From Vicugna vicugna (Eukaryota): a stretch of 64,000 nt of DNA. Positions 48,096 through 61,279 of the stretch are shown here, piece after piece; positions within the stretch are counted from its first letter, which is position 1, and each line of letters begins with the position of its first letter. The notes beneath the pieces were generated by a model, which saw only the letters and a list, made by a program, of their open reading frames with translations, had not been told where the DNA came from and made no database searches. Position numbers and translations under genes: made by a program. The stretch is from contig MU058540.1 of assembly GCA_013265495.1 (NCBI GenBank), forward strand, positions 1,451,696-1,515,695. The letters are read 5' to 3'.

Positions 48096-49552
48096 TGCAA
48101 CTGGGGATTCTTCTATTAAGAATGTAACATAAAATCCCTTTGAAACACTTTGGCTATGTAAAATGAGAGGCTTATTATTTTTTTTAAATTAATTGATCAC
48201 TAAATTTTTATTTTTATTAAATTTTTTCTTCCAGTTTTATTGAGATATAATTGACATACAGGACTGTATAAATTTAATCTGTAGAGCAGTAATGACTTAT
48301 ACATCATGAAATGATTATCACATTAAGTTTGGTAAACATTCATCAAGAGACTTATTTTTTAAGTTACTAGCAGTTTCCTTGGTATGTAGGAAAGTTAGAT
48401 GAGGGGAACATCTCTAAACTTAGGCCAAATATTATATTAGTTTAGAGGATATAGGGGTAGCAGCTTATGAAGAAGAAAAAGCCTCCCATATTGCTTTTTT
48501 TACTTTCTTCTAGAAAATTCTCACACTCCTCTCAAGCAGGTTAATATGTCCGTGAATTTTAACTGTGAGAAAATTCAGGAACCCCCTCTTCCCAAATTCA
48601 AAGTGATCAAGATGTGCCAGATATACTACTGAGGTCAAAGTGTGTGCGAGGGAAGTAAACCTGAACAACTGGCAAGAAACCAGAGGCCTGTGTGTTTGGA
48701 ATGATTTCTGACTATTGCCACCAACTCTGCTTTTTCACAGTTCTCTTCCCTTCCCCTCCTTCATTAGTGATTTATGACCAAATTTTACATCCCAAACAAT
48801 AACCTGTTTATCATAAAATGATTTTCAGGGAGTGTTATCTGGCTAGTTCAAATGATGGTTGATACTAGCTTGAAGCCTGGGATTATGGGACAGGAAATAT
48901 TACTTACATAATCCTTGGTGCTTTAATCTTTACAATCCTGTGAGATAGGTATTAGTGACTGTTTTACTGATGAAATTCAAAGAGGTTAAGTGACTTGCCC
49001 AAGACTGAAGTTTTCCATTTGCAAGGCTGGTGGATCTGTTTTATGTGGAGATCATGGCTGCCAAGATGTCTGAGTCTCCAGGTTGTAGAAGGAAAAGATA
49101 GTGTTCTAGCTGAGTAGTTCTAAAGTACCCTTACGTCCTATATGCTTAGCAGTAATAGAACAGCTCTTCTACTTTTGATTCACAAATGAAAATACCTCAT
49201 GTGTTGAAATTGGCAGAGGTTCCAAATTTGTTACTTTTTAATCTATTGCTATCTCTGTAATTATGTTTAAGACCTAGCTAGAGAATGGTTTTTTTGCTGG
49301 TCACTTACCAGCAGCCCTTTGCCGTCTTTAGCAGACATAGAGCAGACTTTTGTAAAGGTTTTTATGTAAATGATTGAGAGCTTAGTGTTTCACTTTAAAG
49401 TTGAAAGGTTTTTCTTTTTTAAAGAAAGAGTGTATACAAAATCAGGATCCTTCCAATAGTAAAAATAATAATAATAATAATACTTAAAAAAAATCAGGAT
49501 CCAGTACTTTTACTTATTAAATTTTGTCAACCAAGTTGACAAAGCTGTCTTT

Positions 49553-50600
49553 TTTTTCAATTTTTTAAATTGAAGTATAGTTGATTTACAGTGTTTCAGG
49601 TGTATAGCAAATTGATTCAGTTATGTATGTATTTGTATGTGTATATGTATGTATATATATTCTTTTCCAGATTCTTTTCCATTATAGGTTATCACAAGAT
49701 ATTAAATACAGTTCCCTGGGCTATACAGTTGGTTTTTGTTATTTATCTATTTTGTTTTTAGTAGTGTGTATCTGTTAATCCCAAATTCTTAATTTATCCC
49801 TCCCCTCTTTCCCTTTAGTAACAATAAGCTTGTTGTCTATGTCTGGGAGTCTTTCTATTTTGTAAATAAGTTCATTTGTATCATTTTTTAAGATTCTACG
49901 TGTAAGAGATATCATATCATATTTGTTTTTCTGTCTGACTTACTTCACTTGTATGATGTTCTCTAGGTCCACCCATGTTGCTGCAAATGGCATTATTTCA
50001 TTCTTTTATGGCTGAGTAATATTGCATTATATATACATACCACATCTTCTTTATCCAGTCATCTGTTGATGGAATTTTAAGTTGCTTCCATGTCTTGCCT
50101 ATTGTAAATAGTGCTGCTGTGAACATTGGGGTGCATGTACCTTTTCAAATTAGACTTTTGGTCTTTTCTGGATATATGCCCAGGAGTGGGATTGCTGGCT
50201 CATATGATAACTCTATTTTTAGTTTTTTAAGGAACCTCCATACTGTTCTTCATAGTGGCTGCACCATTTACCTTCCCACCAACAGTGTAGGAGGGTTCCG
50301 TTTCTCCACACCCTCTTCAGAATTTATTATTTTTAAGCTTTCTTTTTATAGACTTTCTGGTGATGGCCTTTCTGACTGGTGTGAGGTGGTAACTCAGTGT
50401 AGTATTGATTTGCATTTCTCTAATAATTAGCGATATTGAGCATCTTTTCATGTGCCTGCTGGCCATGTGTATGCCTTCTTTGGAGAAATGTCTGTTTAGG
50501 TCTTCGGCCCATTTTTTGATTGGGTTGGTTTTTTTCTTTTTGTTTTTCTTTTTGTTTTTAAATATTGAGCTATATGAGCTATTTGTGTATTTTGGAGAGT
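49553..50600 (-). mobile_element. 5'-truncated L1 (~1.05 kb; ORF2 C-terminus and 3' UTR)
   Basis: ORF 50317..50634 contains [17 protein letters not shown]...[20 protein letters not shown] (L1 ORF2 C-terminal domain); typical 3' UTR and T-tail. Confidence 0.9.
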
Positions 50601-51859
50601 TGTTTTTTTTTTTAATGTCTTCTTGAACCATCATGCTCTGTTAGACTCATTATCTTTAGTTACCATCATTTCTGTTTACTTCAATTTAATATTTACTCTT
50701 TAGTCAACTGTATATCTGAAAAAATGTGCGTGTTATAAAATAACCTAATCACATCATTATTATCATATATATTATTTGTGTGTATGTATTTTTTTTAATG
50801 CTTTCTATTGCTCAAGATATTATCTGATTTCCTTTTGATGGTGAAATAATGAGGTCACTGGAGCCATCATATGACGAATCTGGCTGGCATCAGGTTTCCT
50901 CATTACTAGGTCCTGGGACTTGTAAGATTTTGGCATCTTTAGGCTTAACCTGCTGCTTTTTAACAGTGTTTTGATTGTAATTCACATTTGTTTTAACCTG
51001 TTTGTTTCTCATTGCCCACTTAGTATTTGTACTAAGTTAGGATCGGTCGTTGGGTTTGTGTGGCCATCTGGGTATGAGTGGAACAAAATATAAAACTTGT
51101 CTTCTCTTCCTTCATTAATTTTAATTTTAGCCTTTTACTTGATGTATAGATACCCAGACAATCTTTAAATTAAGCCTTAAGTTCTTGTCTGTAGAGTTGG
51201 TATAGGTCTGTGTAGAACTGTGGGGTCTGGAAAGTACACAGGTCTCTTAATTTTATCCTCTAGTCAGTCTCTCCATCCTTGAACTCTGAAGGGACAAGGA
51301 CACGGGTTAGACAAAAAAAAAATCAGTCTGCAGGAAACGCCTCCTGGAACATTCCTCCTTCAGAGTACACACTGCCTCTGGGGATGGGCTTGGAAGAGCA
51401 GTCTCTCAGGGGCCTTCTGCTTAGTCACCTTAGCCATCCTGTAGCTGTATGATCTTGGGAATGTTTTTTACGTCTCCTACACCTCAGTTTCCCATCCATT
51501 AAAAAAAAAAAGGACAGTGTTCATAGCGTTCCCTTACAGAGGTCCCAAGGAAGGCACATGAGCACATCTTAAAGTAGTTGCAGAGTCAGACTGGGGAGGG
51601 GAACTACTGCTTACTGTTCTCTTACTGTGTGCAAGGAACTCTGTGAGGCCTCTCGTATACCTTGTCCAGAAGGGTAGGTCCAGAGAGGAAGAAGCCTGTT
51701 GCTTCATCTATGTGAATGTGTAAGTGGGCATCGCTCTTTCTGCCCTTGAAGCTTTCATAAACAAATACATTACCGTGTATTAAATATACTTCTGTAGGAG
51801 ATGCTTAGGAATACAGAATTTGTCAGTTCCCTTAAGAAATTGATTTGAATTAGAGTGAT

Positions 51860-52945
51860 GATAAAATGGCCCTATGAACTCTCCAGAGAAATAGTTGATT
51901 CCAGGACTGGGGCAGGGAATAAATAAGTAAAAAAGACAGGCATGTCAAAAGAACACAGAAGCCAGTCTGAAAGAACTGTCAATGGCCAAAGTTGGAACAA
52001 TTTGAACAACAAAATAAAAAACAGTAGTAATGGGTTATGCCAAAGAATAAAATAAACATCCGTGAGTTAATGACATAAATGATTGAATAAATAAATAAAT
52101 GGGAGCGAAGAGATAGTTCTTCCTTTCAGTAGAATTCCAGTTATTAAATATAGAAGGATTAAGAAGAATAGAAAATTGCCATTAGTATACTACAGTAGTA
52201 ATTGTGGGGAAGATCTACCAATGATGGCTAAAAGTAGTGGAGGAAAATTTGAGGAGAAATGATATTTACATGCCTCAAAGCATCTCCCCAAAATATTTAT
52301 TAATTACTGTGATGTTTCAACTCATGTCCACATATTCTATGAAACTCATCTCTCCAGGGGATGAAGTTTAATTCCTTTCCTCTTGAGTGTAGGCTGGACT
52401 TAGAGACTGGTTTCCAAATAATAGAGAATGGAAAAGGAAACTAGTAACTTTAGGATGGAAGAACTTGGCAGAACTTAATCAGGAGGTCAATTAACATAAT
52501 CAGTCACGTTAATATCAGTCTCCCCCCCACACCGATAGGATGTGCTGAGAAGGGCACTTCACCTCTTGTGTTCTTTCCCAGAAATTTATCACCTCAGTGT
52601 GATCATGGGAAAACAGACAAACTCAAACTGAAGAACATTCATCAAGATACCTGACTAGTATTTTCTAAAAGTGAAAGACAAGGAAAGACTGAGGAACTGT
52701 AACAGACTGGAGACTAAGGAATTATGCCTACTAAATGTAAAGTGGACCAGAAAGAGAATATGAGTGTAAAAACTGGGGAAATCTGAATAAAGTCTGTATT
52801 TAATATTATTGTACCAGTGTTAATTTCTTAAGTTTTGATCAATGTGCTGTGGTTATTTAAGATGATAACATAAGGAGAATCTGGGTGAAAGTTAAATCTT
52901 TGCAGCTCTTCTGTAAGCCTAAAATTATTTCAAAATAAAAAGTAA
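51860..52945 (+). mobile_element. Old L1MC-type 3' remnant
   Basis: gattccaggactggggcaggg...ggggaaatctgaataaagtctg...tctgtaagcctaaaattatttcaaaataaaaagt. Confidence 0.7.
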
Positions 52946-52949
52946 GTAA

Positions 52950-53180
52950 GGACCATGTCATTTAGTGGCTCTGGAGTCAGATTCTCTGGGTTCAGATCTT
53001 GCCTTTGCTGCCTACCAATTGAAAGATAACAGACAACTTTCTCCATTTCTTTGCCTCAGTTTCCTCATCTGAATAATCACATCTCCCACATAATAAGATT
53101 GAGTGAAGATTAAATGAGATAATGTATGTAAAGTACTTAGAACAGTGGCTGGAACATAGTAATGTCAGCTGTTAATATTT
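52950..53180 (+). mobile_element. MIR SINE
   Basis: ggctctggagtcagattctctgggttcagatc...gcctcagtttcctcatctg...gattaaatgagataatgtatgtaaagtacttagaacagtg. Confidence 0.85.
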
Positions 53181-56100
53181 ATACAGAGGAAATCTACCCC
53201 CCTTTTAGGTACTTGGCCATTTAGCCTTGGATGTAAATAGTCCAGGCTAAAGGAGATTGGAAGAGAAGATGGTAATGGGCTACGGTGGTCTGGAGACTTT
53301 TCTCCCTGACCATACACCCCTAGGAAGTGGAACTTGAGCCCTGTCCTTGAAGAGAGCCAAAGATTCAGATAGCTGATAGGGAACTGGCGTGGAGGAGGAA
53401 GGGGACCAGCTAGGAACAGAAGTGGAGAATCTACAGTGGGAAAGACCTTTTTGCTGAGCAGTGAGTAAAGCTGTCCAGGAGGAGTGGAGGGGAGGCTCCG
53501 TGTGGAGTCGGTGAAGGGGAGGCTGATAACGTGGGTGGGTGGCTGCCTGGATGCTGCCTTTATCAAGTTTAGACTTTTTCTCTAGGCCTGAGAGAAAGTG
53601 AGAGAGAGCAAGAGAGTTGTGAGAGGAGGAGTGAGAGCTGTCTCTTCAAAAAACTGTTTTAGTCACAACAGGATTGTGGTTTTACTTTGAGTATTTGTTG
53701 ATTGAGCAACTATGTTATAACAGAGTGACTGTGAAGTTAGTAACACTGCAATAAACGTGTTTTAAGTATGGTAGCTTCTCTTTACATCTGGGGCATTGGC
53801 GCTGTGTGTGAGATATGTATCCTGTCTGCTGCCAGTGCCTGGTGTACAAATGAATTTGCTGATCCTTTATAATGACACTGTGGCCCCAGGGCTAAGAATC
53901 GCCGCTGTCAGTAACCAGGAGCTTTCAGTGTGCAAATATACTTTGACTTAAAGCCTCATCTTTGGGGCTGTCTTCCATTGTAGGGGGAGTGTATTTCTTT
54001 TGTTAAAAAAAAATTATTGAAGTATAATTTCCATATAGTGGACGCACAGATATTAAGTGTACAGAACCATGTATTTTTACCTACATATACATCTGTGTGG
54101 TCATCACCAAGACCAAGACATAGAACATCTCCAACACTCCAGAAGGTTCTTGTGTCACCTTCCAGCCAAAAATGCCCCTCCTTGAAGTAACTATCATTCT
54201 TTATCATCATAGGTTTTTGCCTGGGAATGTATCACTTTTTCTCCACCATGCACTTAGGCCCATGTGGTACAGTGGAGTGGGAGCGGGGATGGGTACACAT
54301 GTGCCAAATACTACACTTTCCACATTCTCAGACTTAAGTGAATTCTCCCATAAAACCACAGACCTAGCCTTATGTTACTTCTCTGAACTTAGTCCCGTAT
54401 ATCACTGACTGCAAGTCAATATTTTTTTCCCTTGCACCATGTTCTGTGCCTTCAACTGACATTTACCATAATAATTATCATCATCATTAATAAACAGTCA
54501 CTTAGTTTTGGTTTTTACCCAATAGTTTACATGCGTAACTTTCTAGAAGGGGAAGTTGTGCTGATTTGGAATCAAAGGGTGATGGCATTTTCTTCATTTA
54601 ATGAGTTCCAGACCATGTGTAAGCCAGTGGAATTAGAAAAGCAGTCTCAATCCCAGCCTTCTGATCTTCTAATGAGAGAGAGAGAGATAGTAGTGTGATG
54701 AGTGCTATGAACCAGAGATGCTGGAGGGTCCCATAGAAATCAAGGGACAGGGTGGAGAGGTAGGGGCCCTCCAAGTGTGTGAGGAAAGTGAAGTCCGAGC
54801 GGCATATTAGAGATAACAGGAGTTGTACGAGGAAAGCAAGGGAAAGTGAGGGCTCATCTAAGCTGCAGAGAGAGTGCACAGTGTGTGCAAAGAAAGGATA
54901 TGTGGAGAGCACGGCACATTCAGAAAACTGCAGGCGATTGGTGCGCAGGCTGGAGGTGGGTGCTGTGGAGCAGGGAGAGAGTGGCTGGAGAGCAGGCAGA
55001 GGCAAGACCGCTGTGCCCTGGTTAAGGACTTGGATTTTGCACTGAAGGTAATGATGGATCTGTAGTTTCCAAAGGTCACTTCAAATTTTGGGGAAGTGGA
55101 TCAGAGGGGTTGAAATTGACTAAGAGTGTAAAACTGTCAGGGCCAGTAACAATGGATGTGGAGGAGAGGCCAGATTGGAAAGATACTCGAAATTGGTGGT
55201 TAATTTATAAGTGAGAAGTTGATCTCTCTTACAACTGCGTAGAATTTTACAATGTGAAGTGAGAGAGTGAAATTTTTAGAAGGACTGGATAACGGAAATG
55301 AAATACTTTTTTTTCCCTCTTCAGCAGAAGGGAAGTGTTTGCTTTAGAACAGCTCCATTACTTATTTCAGTGAGCATAAGCATTTGTAGATGAAGGCCTA
55401 GAGTTATGTGATAATTTTTTTTTTAAGCAGGAAGATAAGCCAGTCTTTCAGTTTGTTTTAATCTTCCTTTGTTTGTTGCGGTAAAAGCTAAACCTCCAAA
55501 TGGGTATTCCCCACAGAGAAGGCCCATGAACCCTTGAACTGAGGGGGAACTAGTCATACGGAAAGAAAAAAACCAAGACTTCTTACTCTTTTCAGGGTAG
55601 TGATTTATTTACTGAGATGTGTACAGAAAGCCAAACCAACACTTCTTGTGGAATGGTGTATAGGTTTGATTCTAAGGTTTTTATAAAGTTTAAAGCTAAC
55701 ACTGCATTTGCTTTGGCCTGTGATACACTGAAATAAGCTCCTTTGATGTGCACAGGATAGCAGTGAGGGGAATACTTACACCCCCATGGCTGTTATCCAG
55801 GCGCCTAGGACTTCCTCATTCACTGTCCTGGTCCTTAGCTGTGAGAATGTGTCCTCATGAAGCTCAAGGACCATGTATAGAAGACTGGAAACTTCTGGAA
55901 AAGGCAAAACAAGCTCCCTGGACTTTGTGATTGGCAGTGTCTGGTGTCCTAACCCTGAATGGTCATTAAGAAACCCAAACCACACCCTTTATGCTGAGAG
56001 GAAGCTTTTCTCTCCAGTCAGCCAAAATTCAGTCTTCTGACTGCCCCAACTCCAAATTTCCTGTTACTGTAAATCCTTGACAGTTTAGAATAGAAGGATG

Positions 56101-59100
56101 GTGGTTTGTGGGACAGAGAATGCCCATTCAAGTGAATAGAAGAGAAATGGCAGTTTGGCTACAGAGTCATATGCAATAAAAGGCAAGATACATTTCTTGC
56201 CCCTGGAATCTGTATAGTACTCTGAGCCACGGTGAATCTCTGCTGTTCCAGTTTTCAGGTTGTGCCCAAGGACTGTTAATGCTTTTACAACGTTGCAAGT
56301 TCTTGTTCACCCAGGGATGGTGAGTTCAGCTTTAAGTTGTGAGTGAAAAAGCATGCTAGGTGAGCACCCATTTATGTGTGACCTCAATTCAGTGTTGTGG
56401 TGAAATCAAACATTCATATGCTAATCTGACATTGTTACTGATGTGCACGATCATCATTGTGCTGCATGGTAATTAGGTACGCAATTCACACAAGTGGCTG
56501 TAATTAGTATTAATTTTTACACAGCCAAATCAAATTTTCACTGTTTCTTGTTTATTAATTTGTTGGTTCTCCTGCATCTGTAATTAACACCAGTGTCAGC
56601 ATTTTCCATTGGCGCCTCATGTAGTCCGATCCTCATCTTTGGCATGCTCTGGTTCCCCTGTGTTTAAATATAAAAGTCTAGGGTCTCTTCCGCAGAACCC
56701 CTTAAGGGAGAGGATGGTCCTTAGCTGCGTTTTCTATCCCCACTTGATAACCTCGGAGCAGCTCCTGCAGCTTCTCCCTGATCCCAGGTATTCTGGCAGG
56801 CTGGGGTCTTCAGGGAGGTGGGGCTCCAGACCCTGAGACTGGGTAGTCGCCCATGGTTGGGAGAGCAAACTCTCGGGGTGAGAGAGTCCCCTTTACCTCT
56901 GAGGAGAGTTGGCAACACATTTTATTAAACAGTAAAGATCGAAATAACTGAAAACTTGTTACTGAGCAGACAGTAGGGACTTAATAGACTTTTGTTTTTT
57001 AGAACTACCTTATTCTACTGCAAATTTGATTTTAGATGAGAAAGATGAGTGTACTGGTAAGAATACTTTGATATCTTGGTTAGAGGATCATTGCAAATAA
57101 TACGTTTTGGAAAGATTGAGAAATAGAAATGGTTTCGAGTGACATTTTTGCCTTGATTTTGTGTACCTATGTGGCATATAGTGATGGGTGTTTTTGTTTT
57201 TGGTGATGAGATGCAGAACTTTTTATTGTGGTCCCGCTGGCTGAGTGTGTATTACCTATTTTTAGTGTGTATTACCCATGTTAACCTAACCCATCATTTG
57301 GTTCCCTAAAGTTAGGTTTCCTGTGCTCGATCAATGCTGTCAGCTTCTGCAAAGGTGAACTTTGTTCTTTCTTCAAACATTTACTGAGTTTCTGCTTTGT
57401 GGTAGACCCTGTACTAGGGGCCAGGTACAGAAAGATGATCAAACATCTTGACTTTAAATGCCTTTTACATTACCTCTATCATCTCATTTGGCCTCACCAT
57501 CCCTGTAAAATAAAGACTGTTCGCGTGCCCACAATACAAATAAGTAGCCACAGAGAAATGAATTGACTTGTTGAAGGTTACACATGAAAATAGTGGCTGA
57601 GCTGAAGCCTTGGTCTCCTGCCCTCTAACTCTTCCCTAGTTGGGAAAGATGACATAAAATAGCCTTTGAGCCTAAAAGTAATCAGTCAGGAAGGATGGCG
57701 CCTGCCCAAAGAAGTTCATACAGACATTTAAAAAATTCATAAAATAATGCTAAGACTGTGCTCCTTTATGAAAATTTGATTATTAAAACCATCAGAATTT
57801 AAATAGTATTAATTAAGAGCTCGTAGTTTGCTCAACAAAAATATTTGTCACTTAATGAATCACCCTAATGGGCCTAGAGTGATTTAGTCATCACCGTTTG
57901 ATTTTATAAAGTGTTGTCAGGAAGACATTGTTCAGTGTGTTTATAAGTTGGCTTGGGAGGTAGTAAGATTTTTCTAATATTGGGGAGGAAATGGTTTTGA
58001 AAATTCTGTTAGCCAATGTTGAATTGGCCAGGATGGGAAACAGAGAGAGTTCAGGTAATGTGCTGGCCTATTTTCTTGGGCAGCTAAAAATCCTCCAGGG
58101 CCCAGTACCCATTTTAGATTTATTCTGTGAAAAGGCCTTTGGGCTCCCTATGTTATTGACTCTTCTATTTCTGAAGAAGGAAAATTTCCCCACGAGTGAA
58201 GTGAGAAGAGCATTAAAATATTGTACTGTGGACCCCAAAACTGTTTATTGGACACAGGCCTGTCTGAAGGCTCTGAGTGCAGGAGGAGGACGGATTATAG
58301 AGTTGTTTCTCCCCAGTAGTCTTACTGAGGCTTCTGGAGGCAGCAGGAAGAGGGCAGGGTGACCTGGGTGGTTAGAGCGTATGGACTTGAGGCCTTGCCA
58401 AGCTGAGGTTGTAAGTTATATGATCTTGGGCACATTGCTTCATGTATCTCATTTTTTTTCCAGCTGTAAAATGGGGTGGTGTTTTACTCTAGAAGGGAAC
58501 TTGGGGTTATCATGTTCTGTAGTGGGAGGTATTAGCTAGCTCTTTATGTACATTTATCTCTGGGATCATTGAGGTCCATCTCGCCCACCAGAGTATAAGT
58601 TCCGTGAGGGCTAAGGCTATGCCTGTCTTTTTGCTCACATATGTCCCTGCCCTGTGGCAGGTCCTAGTGCTTAGTAGAGACTCAGACACTTGATGAAGGA
58701 AGGGGTCCCCAAGTACTGTAGGCAGCTGGGGATAAATGCAGACACACTTCCTATATGCGTAGGTCTGTAACTGTAAACATCTTGGAGCTTCAGGCCTGGG
58801 CAGGTTTTGTTGTTGTCGTTAGTAGGGTGCAGTTTGGGTTTTTATATTCCCAAGATTTCCTTCCAGAGGGTTTCCTCCCTATTTCAGCTTGATTGATGAG
58901 AATGCCATAATGAAATGAAAGGAAAGGCTAGCTGTGTTTTTGTTTTGCGGTGGGCTGGCATGTGCCTGAAGCCCTCATCTTGGAGCCCCTCTGTTCAGGG
59001 TCCACTCTCAGTTGAAGGCAGAGCTGGTTCTCTCTGTTCCCATCTTCTCAGAGAAAGTATTTGCTTTGGGTCAGAACTGTTTGCCTTGTAGCCAGTATAA

Positions 59101-61279
59101 AGCCTTTGAAGAACTTGTTGATAAAGGAGCTTTGTGTCTGCTTCTTACCTGTTAACACATTAAGGAAAATCTGTACATGGAGATTTAGGGAAAGATGAGA
59201 CCAGCGTCTCAGCTGCAGTTCACTTTTCAACAAATATTGCTGGATTGGAGTTAAAGTGTTAATTATTATGAAAATGGAATTTAGATTGAGACTGCTGCTG
59301 CTTCCTCTGTGTTCTCAGTGGAGCCTCCCATGGAAGGAAAATCAGACAAAATGCTCTCTATAAAAGCCTCTATTTTAAGAAGAATGATTCAGAGAGGAAC
59401 CCAGGTCCAAGAGATTTTCATCAACAAATAAAAATTGAATTGCCAGGTTTGCCAGATGTTTCATTTTAAAGATATTTCCCCTCATTTGGTCTCTGGTAAG
59501 TCTTCCTTTGCCTCTGAAATATGCTCTGCCCCCATGTAACTTAAAAAAGTTTCAGCATGTTCCGAATCCCATCTGTGTAGGGCTTGTAATTCCATGTGGT
59601 CAGCTGGGAATTGATTGCATAAAAATAAAGGCAAGAAAATACCACAGTATTGAACTACAGAGTTTGGGGAAATTTTCTTAAGTTATTTAGTATACTCCAC
59701 CTTGGTCTTTGACTCACCATTTACTGAGCACCTGCTGTGAACTAACACTGCTCCTTGTTGGCTGAAGCACTGCAGTGTGGTTATCCCTCATTAAAGGTGT
59801 GTCCTCCAGCCCTCCTGCGTTACATGGAGTAAGAGAGACAAATGGCTAACAATTAAGGGTGCTCTCCTTTTACAGTTAGAGACAACTGGCTCTTCCAATA
59901 GGTATCTTTTTTGAAGGGAGAGGGGCAACATAACGCCCTCCTGCATATTCCTTTATTTGGTCCACCACTAAACCTCCTATAGGCCCTCTCAGTGTCCTGT
60001 GTGCAGTGGCAGAGGAGGAGCAAGGGAAAGAGGAGGGTTTAAGGAGCTTCCCCTCTGCTTCAGCATGACCGACAGAGAAAGGGGAGCAGGCCCTTGGCTG
60101 AGTGGAGAGGCCTTTCTGTGCAGTGTGTGGAGGGGCAGATTTCACTCAAGGTACATGGAGATGTCAGTGATGTTGCCTTTCAGCACCTTTTCATTCTTGT
60201 GACCTCTTCTCCACATCCAGCTAAGCTCCCTTGCTGCCCCAAGTGCTCAAAATTACCTATCAGAATTCCTACAACCACTGTGTAGCTAGATGTAACTTGA
60301 TGTTAGAAAGTCAGTTTTTGTAAGAGAATTCACATTGATGCATAAATGAAATGGCCTTCTGCCCTGTCTCACTCTGTCCATTAGAGTAACCAACAGATCT
60401 GTTGGTGTGTTGAAGGAAAAGATCTTTTTCTGAGTAGAGGAGCTTTGCTTTCTTCCAGCTGGGTCAAGGGGAAGGGGCATTCTGTGTCTGGAGAATCCAT
60501 GACTGACCGCTCTGTCCTCCCTCCTTGCTCACCAGCCTCTCCTCTGAACTTAAGGCCAGGAGGCCCCTGGCCCAGCTGGGCCCCACCTCCCCACCCTAGG
60601 GCTGCCTTGCTTTGGGATTCCAGGTTTCAGCTCTGGCCAGGGTCACAGCAGTTTATGTGGCTGGAGCTGCTGGTGGGAGCTGATAAGCAACTTCCAGAAC
60701 TCCCAGACCATGCAGGCCCTGGAGAGGGAAGAGGCTGTCTCTTGTTATCAACTGCCCTCCCCCTACCTGGTGGCACATTCCCCCACCCTGTTTTACTGTC
60801 TCAGGCTTGCTCTGAAAATGTTTTCCCTGTTTCTCATCCTACCCTCTCCGCTCTGTCCTTAGAACCAGCTCCACTTGTTCCCAGAGACTGAGTTTAGCCA
60901 TCGTGGAAATCAAAGCCTTGAGAGTTTGTGAGTGTGGAATACCTTCTGGTTGAGACTTGAGGGTATTGAATTCTGTGCAAATGTGAATTGGTATTGGTGA
61001 TGCCATTTGAAGGCAGGAGAGGCTTGGGAGAGGCAGTGTCCGTGGTGCTTAGGAGTGTAAGTTTTGGAGCCAGTTGGCCTGGGTTCAAATGCCAGCATTT
61101 TGCTTAGCAGTGATTAATTTATTTTTAAATTTTTATTTATTTTTTGCTGCTTTGTCTTCTATTTATGTATTTTAAAAAATTTTTTAATTGAAGTACCATC
61201 AGTTACAATGTCAATTTTTGATATACAGTACAATGTCCCAGTCATGTATATACATACATAGATTCATTTTCATCTTTTC

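Noticed and set aside
36960..61100. Many 60-150 aa ORFs in ANKS1A intron 1, and a search for ANKS1A exon 2
   Set aside because: ORFs overlap MIR/L2/L1 remnants or random sequence; no ankyrin-repeat continuation (MWRGPNVNC-like) found, so exon 2 lies outside the window
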